Positions 53,346 through 63,536 of a DNA stretch of 64,000 nucleotides are shown in pieces; the stretch's first letter is position 1; each line of letters begins with the position of its first letter. The DNA comes from Trypanosoma brucei. Taxonomy: Eukaryota. The stretch lies in the NCBI GenBank assembly GCA_000002445.1, contig CP000070.1, forward strand, positions 1,024,001 to 1,088,000, written 5' to 3'. The notes below the pieces were generated by a model. The model did no database searches and was not told the origin of the DNA. It saw only the letters and a list, made by a program, of their open reading frames with translations. The position numbers were made by a program, and so were the translations under genes.

Positions 53346-56300
53346 GCGTCATTATCGTAGTTAAAGTGATGGCAGATGAACTCTCCCAGTTGGGTGTGAA
53401 TTGGGTAGAGGAATCTTTGCTCCGTCAAGATGTAGAGGCGAATGTGGAGGCACGAGCTGATGCCGCCGCAGCTGCGGATGAGGCTGAGCTGCAAAGGCGA
53501 TGGGCAGCACTGGAGGAGGTGGAGCGCACAGTGGCTAATATTCAAGAGCAACTTTCCAAAGTCGTTGCTCCTGTGGGCACGGCAGCTCACAAAATAGTCG
53601 AGGAGAAGGAAAGCGCTTCCGTGCTACAGTTCTCCCTGCTGAAGGCACAAAGAGAGTTGGAAAGTCGTGCGAAAGCGCTCCGCAGTTGGCAGATCGAATG
53701 CGAGGCACGCCAACGGCGGCGTGTGGAAGAGGCGAAACAGCGTAAGCAAGTGACTGAGCAGGAGGCAGTTATGGCCAGAATGCGGAATCGTTTGAGTCGT
53801 ACCCTCCAGCCGGTAGCGGACGTTCAAGGACTACAAGAGGGCGTAGGGAGTGCGGAGAGGGTTCCCGCGTCGACTAACCATCACGATTACCACGATCGCC
53901 TCACCACGGGCATGGGCTCGACACCTCAGGTGTGGTGGAATGGGAGAATAGGCACACCTAATGGAGCTGCAAGTGTGACTCACTCGAACATTTCAACGCC
54001 TTCGCGACGTCAACGCCTGTCATCGTCAACTTCTGCCGATGTGCCATTAACTCCTGCACAGTATTCCTGCGGCCCCGTTCTTCCATCAGCTTATCGAGTG
54101 ACGCTGACGCCAAGCGATGTCCGCTCCAAGTTGCAGAAATACGCAGATGACAGCGACTTAAGCATTTACAGCGCGCGGTGCCGCAAGCGGAAGCGGCTAG
54201 AAGGAGCTTTAGCGGGTCTAGCAGCGTTAGAAGCTGGAGTGGCCACTGCCAACGGCGAGATCAAGGAGGAGGATACCGATGAAGACTCGGGGGTTGTGGT
54301 GAAGTGTGAGGGTATTGGCATGAGTAGTTTCCCCAAAGTGAAGACAGAGGGTAGCGCACATGAGAAAAGTGGAACCTCATTGCTGGATGCCATAGATGTC
54401 GATGCGCTCATGGAGGAGTCTGATGATGTGGCTGTTGAAGTGCTCCAAAAAGTTAAGAAGGAAAAAAGGGCATCAGCAGGCGGTAGAAAGCACCGGGAGA
54501 GGGAAAATACCACGCAAAACTTTACGGACAGGCATGATTCCATTGAAGTCTTGCGTGGTATTTCTTTGGCATCATCCATTTATCAAAAATTGTTCGACCA
54601 CCAACGGGACGGATTGAGGTGGCTGCTGAATCTTCACCGACAGCGTGTCGGTGGGATTCTGGGAGATGACATGGGACTCGGGAAAACTATTCAAATAGCA
54701 GCCATGTTAAATGCCCTAAATCATTCCAACCAACTTCGTGGACCCTCTCTAATTGTTACACCGGTCACAGTGCTCCGTCAGTGGGTGGCAGAGATGCACC
54801 GATGGGCTCCATACGTGCGTACCTGTGTTATGCATGCCAGTAGTGCTTCCACTATTTCTCGCGAAAAGCTCATTGATTCGGTTCGAGGCACTCCAGCAGT
54901 GCTCTTAACAACCTATGCGGCCGTTCGTGAGCACTGCCGGTTGCTTCACAACGCATGTTTTCAGTATGTTATTCTTGACGAGGGGCACAAGATTAGCAAC
55001 CCGGAGGCTACTGTCACAATTGCTGCCAAGTCGTTTCCCACACCCCACCGGCTCATCCTCTCTGGAACCCCTGTGCAAAATACACTCAAGGAACTGTGGT
55101 GCCTGTTTGACTTCGTTAAACCAGGCCTACTGGGTACGTTGCGGAGGTTCGAGGAAGAGTTTGAGGTGCCAATCAACGCCAGTAAGAATATTCGGGCGTC
55201 ACCTCTCGCTTTGGCCACAGCCGCCGAGACTGCGCGGGTGCTGCACGAGAGCATCTCCCCGTTTTTACTACGTCGACTGAAGAAGCAAGTGATGAGCGAT
55301 TCTTTACCGGAGAAATACGAACGTGTTATTCGGTGCCCACTCAGTGATTCCCAATTAGAGGCGTATGTTGACCTCTTAAGTTCATCACGCGTGCAGAGGT
55401 TGATGAGTAACACCCTGTCATACACCCAGTTAATGGGTGGGTTGGACCGTGACGGGCGGGATGCAAGTGGTTGTCTGCACATCGCTGGCAAGCGGTTCCA
55501 GTTGATGCGTGATAAAGAAAACAAAGGCGTTGTTCGGCATGAGCTGTTTTGCGTGATGCACGAGTTGCGACAAATATGCAATCACGTGGATATCTTTCAC
55601 ATGCGACAAGCAAAGGACTTCAACTACACCGACGATATGGAAAACAACTTCTTTCTCGATGTTGTGAATGCCCCTACCGCCACTGCAAGGAAAGCGGGTG
55701 GAAAAGGCACGACACATTTTTCGATGCGCAGTAACAGGCCGGTAAATTATGAAGGTAGCAGTAAACTTCAAACTCTTAGACAGCTGCTGAAGTTGTGGCA
55801 ACGGGGTGGACAGCGTGCGCTGGTCTTCTCCCAGACGCGTGCCATGCTAGATATTATTGAAAATATGTGTGAACAAGAGAGCCTTACATATATCCGCATG
55901 GATGGTACCACCAATAGCTTACGACGGCAGGAACTCATGGATCGTTTCAACGAGGATGACAGAATCGTGGTGGCGCTGCTTACCACACGTGTGGGTGGCG
56001 TTGGGGTGAACTTAATTGGTGCTGACCGAGTTGTGATATTTGACCCTGACTGGAATCCGGTGACGGATGAGCAGGCGCGTGAGCGGGCGTGGCGAATTGG
56101 GCAAACACGCGATGTGGGTGTTTATCGTCTCATTTCTAGCGGAACAGTGGAGGAGGCGGTGTTGCGACGGCAACTTGCCAAGACGTATGTGACCGAGAAA
56201 GTTCTGCACGATCCAAAACTTCAACGTTTCTTCTACGAGCAAGGTAGTCTATCAGAGTCGTTCTACCTTGGCGTCGAGTATGACAGCCGGGTGCCACTAG

Positions 56301-56749
56301 GGAAGAAGCACATCGTCGCTGCACAAGAACTGTTTCCACTTTTAAAGGAAGAACACAATAATGAGGAGGTATTTGCGCTAACAGCGGTTGGGCATGAGCG
56401 GAGAATCCGAGGGACTGAGGAAGAATCAGGTGGGGCTTCTGTGAGGGCGAAGTCAGAAACAGAAAAAACTGCTGCTGCTTCCGTGTATCGGGTATGTGCT
56501 CCACGGGAGCTTTTTCCTTCTGCCACCACAACGTCACGAACATCTTCTTCCAACATATCTGAGACGTCATTGCTTCAGGATCTCGTTGACGGCAATCATG
56601 TGCGGATCTCTGGTGTTGACAGCACAGCACAGCGACTCGCGTGTACGTCAGCGTCCCATGCAATGTTGCGTGTGTCGAATGTCATCCGCACGTTCGAACA
56701 TCAGACACAAGAGGCATTTGCGAGGCTTCCCAGGGTGGAGGGATCGTAA
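53339..56749 (+). CDS. CSB: SNF2-family DNA-dependent ATPase of the ERCC6/CSB (Rad26) type
   Basis: LFDHQRDGLRWLLNLHRQRVGGILGDDMGLGKTIQ (Walker A at ~54662-54688) is near-identical in pattern to ERCC6 (LFKYQQTGVRWLWELH...GGILGDEMGLGKTIQ). Also present: DEGHKISN (DEGH box), LSGTPVQN, LLTTRVGGVGVNLIGADRVVIFDPDWNP and QARERAWRIGQTRDVGVYRLIS (motifs V and VI). An N-terminal coiled-coil/acidic region precedes the ATPase. The likely start is the Met at 53369 (MADELSQ). Confidence 0.85.
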   Translation: MFSVIIVVKVMADELSQLGVNWVEESLLRQDVEANVEARADAAAAADEAELQRRWAALEEVERTVANIQEQLSKVVAPVGTAAHKIVEEKESASVLQFSLLKAQRELESRAKALRSWQIECEARQRRRVEEAKQRKQVTEQEAVMARMRNRLSRTLQPVADVQGLQEGVGSAERVPASTNHHDYHDRLTTGMGSTPQVWWNGRIGTPNGAASVTHSNISTPSRRQRLSSSTSADVPLTPAQYSCGPVLPSAYRVTLTPSDVRSKLQKYADDSDLSIYSARCRKRKRLEGALAGLAALEAGVATANGEIKEEDTDEDSGVVVKCEGIGMSSFPKVKTEGSAHEKSGTSLLDAIDVDALMEESDDVAVEVLQKVKKEKRASAGGRKHRERENTTQNFTDRHDSIEVLRGISLASSIYQKLFDHQRDGLRWLLNLHRQRVGGILGDDMGLGKTIQIAAMLNALNHSNQLRGPSLIVTPVTVLRQWVAEMHRWAPYVRTCVMHASSASTISREKLIDSVRGTPAVLLTTYAAVREHCRLLHNACFQYVILDEGHKISNPEATVTIAAKSFPTPHRLILSGTPVQNTLKELWCLFDFVKPGLLGTLRRFEEEFEVPINASKNIRASPLALATAAETARVLHESISPFLLRRLKKQVMSDSLPEKYERVIRCPLSDSQLEAYVDLLSSSRVQRLMSNTLSYTQLMGGLDRDGRDASGCLHIAGKRFQLMRDKENKGVVRHELFCVMHELRQICNHVDIFHMRQAKDFNYTDDMENNFFLDVVNAPTATARKAGGKGTTHFSMRSNRPVNYEGSSKLQTLRQLLKLWQRGGQRALVFSQTRAMLDIIENMCEQESLTYIRMDGTTNSLRRQELMDRFNEDDRIVVALLTTRVGGVGVNLIGADRVVIFDPDWNPVTDEQARERAWRIGQTRDVGVYRLISSGTVEEAVLRRQLAKTYVTEKVLHDPKLQRFFYEQGSLSESFYLGVEYDSRVPLGKKHIVAAQELFPLLKEEHNNEEVFALTAVGHERRIRGTEEESGGASVRAKSETEKTAAASVYRVCAPRELFPSATTTSRTSSSNISETSLLQDLVDGNHVRISGVDSTAQRLACTSASHAMLRVSNVIRTFEHQTQEAFARLPRVEGS

Positions 56750-57317
56750 AGTGACCTTTTCCCCTTTTTTTAAAGAGGAAGTTTGCCCTGCTCGCATCCG
56801 TGCGTGCGTTTCGAAGCTTCATTGCACGGTGCTGTGGCGGATGACCATTGTTGACGGCCGCGTGGCGGTTGATTGTTTGAGAGAGGTGGCTTCCGCTATG
56901 ATCGGGGACGGGGAAAAAGTTGAGTGATGAACATATATATATATATATATGAAGTTATACCCGACCCCTTACAAGCTGAAGTGTGTACCGACGAGCGTCA
57001 GGACGTTTCCTTTGTAAACAGTTTTGTTTTCCCTTTCTTACTTCCAGTTTTTGTTACTATCATAACATTTCGTTGGAGCACTTACTCACAAACGCTTGCG
57101 AGCGGTAGATGCCCATGACCTTCATAAAGCGCATATGCTTACTTCTGTATGTACGTTTGGAGGTAACTTGTAGTAACTGTTTTGCTGTATTGTCATTGTG
57201 TGGTGTGTAGCGCAACGGATACTTTTGCTTTGCTTCCTTCTTTTTCTTTCTTTACTGCTGTTAGCTATAGAATTGCAACCCCCCCTTTCTCTTATTGGTT
57301 GCCTGTTTGGGGCGTCG

Positions 57318-57345
<28 letters not shown>
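57318..57345. repeat. (TA)14 microsatellite
   Basis: Seen directly in the CSB-kinase spacer. A second (TA)9 is at 56933-56951. Confidence 0.9.
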
Positions 57346-57350
<5 letters not shown>

Positions 57351-58424
57351 TGACCACTTCTGACAGGGGTGGTCGTCCGCACGTGAAAGGGGAGGGGCGG
57401 AACGCCTGCGTTACAACGGGTGTGAGATAGAAGAAAAGGCGAATAGGAGAAAAAAGGGCCGGGCGCCTCTTATGTATTGCCCACACAGGAACATTTAGAT
57501 CTGCCCGTTGTTTCACTAAGGAGAGAAAGCGTGGGGAGCCAAAAAGAAAAAAAATATTAAGAGAAGAGCCGCGCACCGAAATCAGCAGTACTAGAAGCGA
57601 AGAAGAAGGAGGTATCAAAAAAAAAAAACAAGAAATAAGAGAAAGGTAAATAAGGATAAAGGTGACGGAATACATAGAGGAGAGCGACGAGCAGTGTGAG
57701 GGACACACACGCGGTTGAACAGGAGAAGGAACGCAACGGATATCCGACGGGCCTCCACAAAAGAAATAATAAAAGAGGGGCTGAAGGGACCCACCGGTTC
57801 TCACAGCTTTCAATAGTTGTTTTTCTTCATTCTGGTTTGGAAGTGTCCGGTGGTTCACTGCTGTGTTTTGTCGAGTGTTGTTGTTATTTATATTCCCACT
57901 GTTACCGTCTATATATATATTCGCTTACTGTCTTTGTGCGGTGACTTAGTGGTGAGAAGATTGCATCATCATTATTATCACCATTATTGAGACTATTACG
58001 AGTATTGCGAATATTTATATTTTGGCACATCCCTTTTGAGTCCAAGAAAGGAGGAGGAAAAAAATAGAAAAAAACAGAAAAAATCGCATCAACTGATTTC
58101 TTCCATTGCTGCGATAGTAATAACCATATTTGGTGGCACCGTTGACGTGTTCTTTTCAGTTTTTTCATTCACCCTTTTGGGCTTCTGGGTGGCGTCTATC
58201 CAAGGTATTTAAATATTTTTTTCCCTCTTTGTTTCTTGTTTCTTTCCACCTTTTTTTGGTTTTTTTTGCGCGGGGTCTCTGTCCCACACCGACGCATACA
58301 CGCACTAAAAAAAACAAAAAGATCCCCATTTCACCGTTGAAGGAGGTGAAGGCACACAAAAAATAAAAATAAAAGGGAGAGAGAAGGGTTATTGCTTCAA
58401 TAATCGGAAGGGTTGATTGCACTC

Positions 58425-58500
58425 CGCCCACCAACCAATCTCATTTTTTTTTATTTGTGTTTTGTACTTGACTACTATTTTTTTTTGTGTGTGTGTGCGT
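58425..58500 (+). promoter_or_regulatory. polypyrimidine tract upstream of the DYRK-like kinase gene
   Basis: ctcattttttttttatttgtgttttgtacttgactactatttttttttgtgtgtgtgtgcg, followed by AG acceptors before 58592/58655. Confidence 0.4.
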
Positions 58501-58591
58501 GTATTTGTGAGGAACTGTGTGCCACTTAACTTGGAACGGAGGTGAGCGGGAGAGCGAGAGAGAGAGAGAGAGAGTCTCTCTGTGACTGTCT

Positions 58592-60727
58592 GTGTGTCTG
58601 AAAGAGGAATTTGCTTTAGTGGGTTTGAGCGCTGAGGAATCCATTTCCCCCAAAATGCAACAACAACAGCAGCAGCCATCACAAACCGCAGAGGCCAGTC
58701 GTAGCCGCCAGTGTAGCAGTTCGTTTGGGAGGCCATGTGTTGCTCTTTCATGGAATATCATGCAATTATACAAACGCATCAATAGCAAACTTTGTGAGGA
58801 GATGCGACGGCGCCCCACACGGTCCAGATGTAACGATGGCTACGATGACAAACATGGTCACTATTTTATGTACACAGGTGAGGAAATATGGGGACGGTAC
58901 ACCGTATTAGGTGCATTGGGACGTGGCAGCTTTGGAACTGTGCTGAGATGCTTTGACGAGAAGCATCAGGAACAGGTGGCGGTGAAGGTGGTTCGGAATG
59001 GGGATTACTTTCGTGCGCAAGGTCTGATAGAGGTGGACATCGTTTCGCGGTTAAATAACATTCCTGCATTAGACAATTTGGTTGTGCGGTTGAGAAAGGT
59101 GTTCATGTGGAAGAATCATTTGGTACTGGTGTTTGAGATGTTAAGCATGAATCTCTTCCAGTTAATCCAACGAACGAACTATAATGGTGTCAGTCTTGAC
59201 CTAACCAGAAAGTTTGCCTACCAGCTGGTGCTTGTGCTGAAGCAGTTAGAGGAGCATGATCCACCGATAATTCACAGTGACGTAAAGCCTGAGAATGTCG
59301 TTCTTCGGGACGCAAGTCGCAGTAGCATTCGCCTTATTGATTTTGGAAGCGCCTGCTTCATGAGGCAAGGAGCAACACTATACAAGTACGTGCAGTCTCG
59401 TTTCTACCGTAGTGTTGAAGTTATATTAGAACTTAACTACGACACAGCCATCGATAGATGGTCCCTTGGTTGCATGCTCGTTGAGCTTCACACCGGTGTG
59501 CCACTGTTTCCGGGCAAAACAGAAGTTGATCAAATTGCACGCTTTACCGGCGTCCTCGGGCCGATACCCGACGATATGATCGAGCGCAGTGGGAAGAAGG
59601 ATATATTTTTTCACGACAGTAGACAATCGCAACAACAACATCCACTGGGAACGGGTTGCCCTCCAGAAGATACCCCTGAGGAAGAGACATTACCCGCGGT
59701 TGGGCAGCGTCAGGAGGTTGTAGCATCACCATCACCAGTTATAGCTGCCGATGTGCTTCACAGTCTCTCAGCCGCATCGTCCGTATCTGCTGTGACAGCG
59801 ACGTCGGGTCCGCAAGGGGCTTGCAGTAGTGGTGTTCCTGCAACTTCCGGGCCTTCCCCCACATGCACGACGGCTGCTTCTTTGAGTGGTCGAATTGTTA
59901 CAAGAAACGCTACATGTGTGCCATGCAGTAGCACCTTAGGGATGTCTTGCCAAGGTGGTAGTGGCGCTAGCAATAACAACATTGCGAGTACCAAGGGGAC
60001 CTCAGCATCGGCCACTTCTGCAGCGCGTCGCCCAATGACTGCTGTTAACATGACTTCCTCGGGTAAGAAAGGTGGTGCCGCACCGTCAACTGCAATGACG
60101 GGTGCAAGTCGGGGTTTGTCATCGACCCCTTCAGCGTATAAGATGCGTTTCCCCTCCTCGAATAGTTTAAAACCTCAGTCGAAGTCCCCATCTACCAGCA
60201 ACGTAGGCGTCGCAAATGCCAACACAGCTGTGGACAGTGGTGGAGGAAACAGCAATGCAACTGAAAATGCAGGCCATTCCACAGCTGTGGTTTCTTCCCG
60301 TGCCCCCGCGTGGTCCCGCCCATCCAATTCAACTCCAAAGCTACGGCCGGCAGCGGGCGTGCCGGGAAGTGGAACGGGACCTCTTTTTGGTACTTCCACT
60401 TTGCCACAGGGTCGAGTTACCGCTCCGCAGCAGATGGAGGCAACAACGGCGAAGAGCCCGTTTACACTTCGGGTTCCTCCGACTCCCGAACAATGTCAGA
60501 GTCTCGCTGATATTATTGGTGTTTACACGGGAGGGCCACGAGGTTGTCGTCGTGGTCAAGCAGGACATGATGTTAGTGACTACCTGGTGTTTTTAGACTT
60601 TATCCAGCGGCTACTCTGCTATGACCCAAAGGAGCGTTTGAGCTGCGCTGATGCATTAAGACATCCTTTCTTATCAGCTTTAGAGGTGCAAAGGCAGTGG
60701 AAGTATTTGGGCGTTGGTTCCTCTTAG
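58592..60727 (+). CDS. CMGC protein kinase, DYRK-like, with poly-Gln N-terminus and a large low-complexity insert inside the kinase domain
   Basis: Gly loop LGRGSFGTV and VAIK-like AVKVV. Catalytic loop HSDVKPENVVL; DFGSAC. Activation segment YKYVQSRFYRSVEVIL with the DYRK-type Y-x-Y and SRFYRSPE-like signature. WSLGCMLVELHTGVPLFPG. The likely start is the Met at 58655 (MQQQQQQPSQ). Confidence 0.8.
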   Translation: MCLKEEFALVGLSAEESISPKMQQQQQQPSQTAEASRSRQCSSSFGRPCVALSWNIMQLYKRINSKLCEEMRRRPTRSRCNDGYDDKHGHYFMYTGEEIWGRYTVLGALGRGSFGTVLRCFDEKHQEQVAVKVVRNGDYFRAQGLIEVDIVSRLNNIPALDNLVVRLRKVFMWKNHLVLVFEMLSMNLFQLIQRTNYNGVSLDLTRKFAYQLVLVLKQLEEHDPPIIHSDVKPENVVLRDASRSSIRLIDFGSACFMRQGATLYKYVQSRFYRSVEVILELNYDTAIDRWSLGCMLVELHTGVPLFPGKTEVDQIARFTGVLGPIPDDMIERSGKKDIFFHDSRQSQQQHPLGTGCPPEDTPEEETLPAVGQRQEVVASPSPVIAADVLHSLSAASSVSAVTATSGPQGACSSGVPATSGPSPTCTTAASLSGRIVTRNATCVPCSSTLGMSCQGGSGASNNNIASTKGTSASATSAARRPMTAVNMTSSGKKGGAAPSTAMTGASRGLSSTPSAYKMRFPSSNSLKPQSKSPSTSNVGVANANTAVDSGGGNSNATENAGHSTAVVSSRAPAWSRPSNSTPKLRPAAGVPGSGTGPLFGTSTLPQGRVTAPQQMEATTAKSPFTLRVPPTPEQCQSLADIIGVYTGGPRGCRRGQAGHDVSDYLVFLDFIQRLLCYDPKERLSCADALRHPFLSALEVQRQWKYLGVGSS

Positions 60728-62033
60728 TGGTGGAACACGGTTGTAGGTTCTAATACGCACATATATAGACATATATATATATATATATATATTGTACACA
60801 CCATTTTGTGGTCGGTTTTTTCCATTTTTTTTTTTAAAATGCGTGTGTTACCGGTGTGACTTTGGTGGAAGGAACTCACTAAAGGCAGTATCAGCTGGTA
60901 TATCGATAGATGAACGTGTGTGTGCGTGTGGGAAACAAGCGTTATATCGTCATGAATGAATGCATGTCCGCGGTTGCGCGTGTAATTGTGTCTGTGGGTC
61001 TGTTGGCTCACTTAATGAAGCACGGGGAGAGTCTTAGCGAAGCGGAATGGAGGAGGATGAGGAGGGTAAGGTTGGTAATTCTCATTTCTTTGTTGTTTTT
61101 GCCTTACTTCAAAAAGAAAAAAAAACTCCTTGCCTCTAAATTGGCGTTGGAAATACTGGTACTCGTTATATTGAGGGCGATGGCATGCCGTGGGAATGGT
61201 TTCGACGTGACTTGGTGGTCCAATTGCGGTTTTTGTTATTTATCACGGTGGTGAGGCTTTGTTCCTGCTTTGTCCCTGAAATTTTCCCCAAATTCTTTTT
61301 GTTTGTTTAGTGTTTCTGCGATTATTTGTCCCCGAATGTGCGCGCTTCTTTTGTTCCCCCTTTGTTTTTGAAAATAATTTCCCTCTTTTTTTTGTTTTTA
61401 CCTCGCGTGCGTGACCTCGTTCTTTGTTTGTACCGCTTGAATTATTAGTTACCTTCGTCACGCGATGCTCGCGTATGAGGGAAGGAGGGAAAGGGGAAGC
61501 AGAGGATTTCACTCCTTGTGTTATTGCTGTTATCAAGGAAAGCGCCTTCACCTACGTTTAGGAACGCATATTTTGTGGGGTCAAATAGTCCCTACCGCAA
61601 GGACTTTACAATTCATCCTTTTTGTTTTCTTTCCACTTATTTGCCTTCCATCTCTTTTTTTTTTTTACCTTCTTATTTCCATCTATATTTGTTGAATTGT
61701 GTTAGGTTTTACCTTTCCTCCATATGCCTTCCCGTCTACTTCATGTTCCATTTACGTACCCACTTTCAGTGTGCAACTGAGTTGCGACGTCGTGTAGAGC
61801 TACTTTGTTTGTGGCTTCAATGATTTTGCGCTTTCTTCAAAAAAAATAAATAAATAAAGAACTTGAAAAAAAAGGAAAGAAAAGAGTTGTTTTCATTGGT
61901 ACATTCGTTTCTTCCTTTTTTATCTTTTTCCCTTCTCATCCTTGACTCAAGGTAAACACCGTCCGTTACTGTGCTGAGAAGCGTTTTCTGCTAACTCGTT
62001 GTGTCAACGACACCCTAAACCCGCAGGAATTTC

Positions 62034-63536
62034 ATGGCAACTGAGGTGAAGCCAGCAGGTTCCACCTTGGAGTTCCTCGTTGGAGAAAACAATGAACAAC
62101 AGTTATGGGCGGAAGTGTATACGCGGCAATTTCCCACTGATGATGAGTTTGAGTGCCTCACAGCAGAGGAGCAGGGGGAACTTTTGGCGGAGCTGCGTGA
62201 GGAAGTGGAACTGTTGGATGTAGAGGCGGGTATGATGCAGAGGCATGCGGAGTCATTGCGCCTCACTCGGAGTACTGCGCCCACTACAAACGTGAGCAGC
62301 GCTCGGCGGTCGCTGATGGCATTTGTGTCGGGTGGTACCGGCAACCTCAGCGAAGAAGCGACTCCCGGTGACTCTGCCGCAGTTAACCAGTCAGACGACT
62401 GGTCGGAACAGCAAGTGGCGGCAGCAGCAACGGGCAGTGGTGTACTTAATACAACATCCACAGGTTCAACACGCCGCGGGCAGCCTTACAGCCGTAAGTT
62501 GGCAGATGCAAAGGATGCGTACGTAGTGCTTGAGGATCGAGTTGCCATGCTCACCAAGGAAAGAGAGCGGATGAAGCAACAGAAGGACAAGGAGGAGCGT
62601 GACAATGATCATTTGCGTGACTTGTTCCGTGCCACCGTGGAAGAGGCGGTGAATCGTATGAAGGAGCTACGTTTAGAGGAGCTGCAGTTTAATCGTGAGG
62701 TTATCTGCGAGGCAACTGGTACGGCGTCGGCTGATGACTTGTTGCGGTATATGAACAATCGCCACGGTGCCCAGGGAAAATATTTAGATAAGCTTAATGC
62801 GCAGTGTGCCGCTGCTGAAAGGAGCATCCTACAGCACCAGCGGAATTTGAAGCAGCGGCGTGCTGCCGGTGAGGCGTTTCATGCTATTGACTTTGAGCAG
62901 TTGCGTATTGAAAATCAGAAGTTTGTGGAAAGAATTGAACGGAAAAATTTAGAGTTAGTTGAGCTCAAAGGGACTTCCACCCGGACGGTACAGACCTTGA
63001 ATAACCTTATGGACACTCTTAATGGGCTCACTTCGGAGCAGAGTCGTCTGCGGAAGGATTACAAAAACCGATGTGAATATTTGGCTAGACTGAAAAGAGA
63101 GATGGTGTCTGTTGCCCAAGAAGCAAAAGTGGCTGAGCAGAAGAACACGGCGATTAAACTCCGTCATGAAGCGGTGCGTGTTCCAAAAATTGAAAACTAC
63201 ATGGCTCAAAAGGCAGAAGAGTATGAATTGCGGAAGGCTCAGCGTAACTGGCAGCGAAAGGTGGAGATTGCAGAGGGGCAGTTGGGACTGATGAAGCAGC
63301 AGATACGTGTGCTGGTTAATGCAACGGATGCCCAACGAAGACGTAAGAGACTTTTGGCACATCAACGCTCAACAGCGTCAACCAAGCATTCGGTCCATGG
63401 CAGGAGGACTAGCGTAAGTGGAGAGACGCGGACTGCCAACTTTGCCTGCCCTGACGGCACCATTGACGTTCAAGTGCAACAGGAGCCAGTCGTGGGAGGA
63501 AGCAAAGGTCTTTTGGACATGAAGAGAAGGCAATAG
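62034..63536 (+). CDS. hypothetical coiled-coil protein (500 aa)
   Basis: ORF on the coding strand. Residues ~150-430 are heptad-like and rich in E/K/R/Q/L (KERERMKQQKDKEERDNDHLRDL..., IENQKFVERIERKNLELVELK..). No enzymatic motif. Confidence 0.55.
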   Translation: MATEVKPAGSTLEFLVGENNEQQLWAEVYTRQFPTDDEFECLTAEEQGELLAELREEVELLDVEAGMMQRHAESLRLTRSTAPTTNVSSARRSLMAFVSGGTGNLSEEATPGDSAAVNQSDDWSEQQVAAAATGSGVLNTTSTGSTRRGQPYSRKLADAKDAYVVLEDRVAMLTKERERMKQQKDKEERDNDHLRDLFRATVEEAVNRMKELRLEELQFNREVICEATGTASADDLLRYMNNRHGAQGKYLDKLNAQCAAAERSILQHQRNLKQRRAAGEAFHAIDFEQLRIENQKFVERIERKNLELVELKGTSTRTVQTLNNLMDTLNGLTSEQSRLRKDYKNRCEYLARLKREMVSVAQEAKVAEQKNTAIKLRHEAVRVPKIENYMAQKAEEYELRKAQRNWQRKVEIAEGQLGLMKQQIRVLVNATDAQRRRKRLLAHQRSTASTKHSVHGRRTSVSGETRTANFACPDGTIDVQVQQEPVVGGSKGLLDMKRRQ

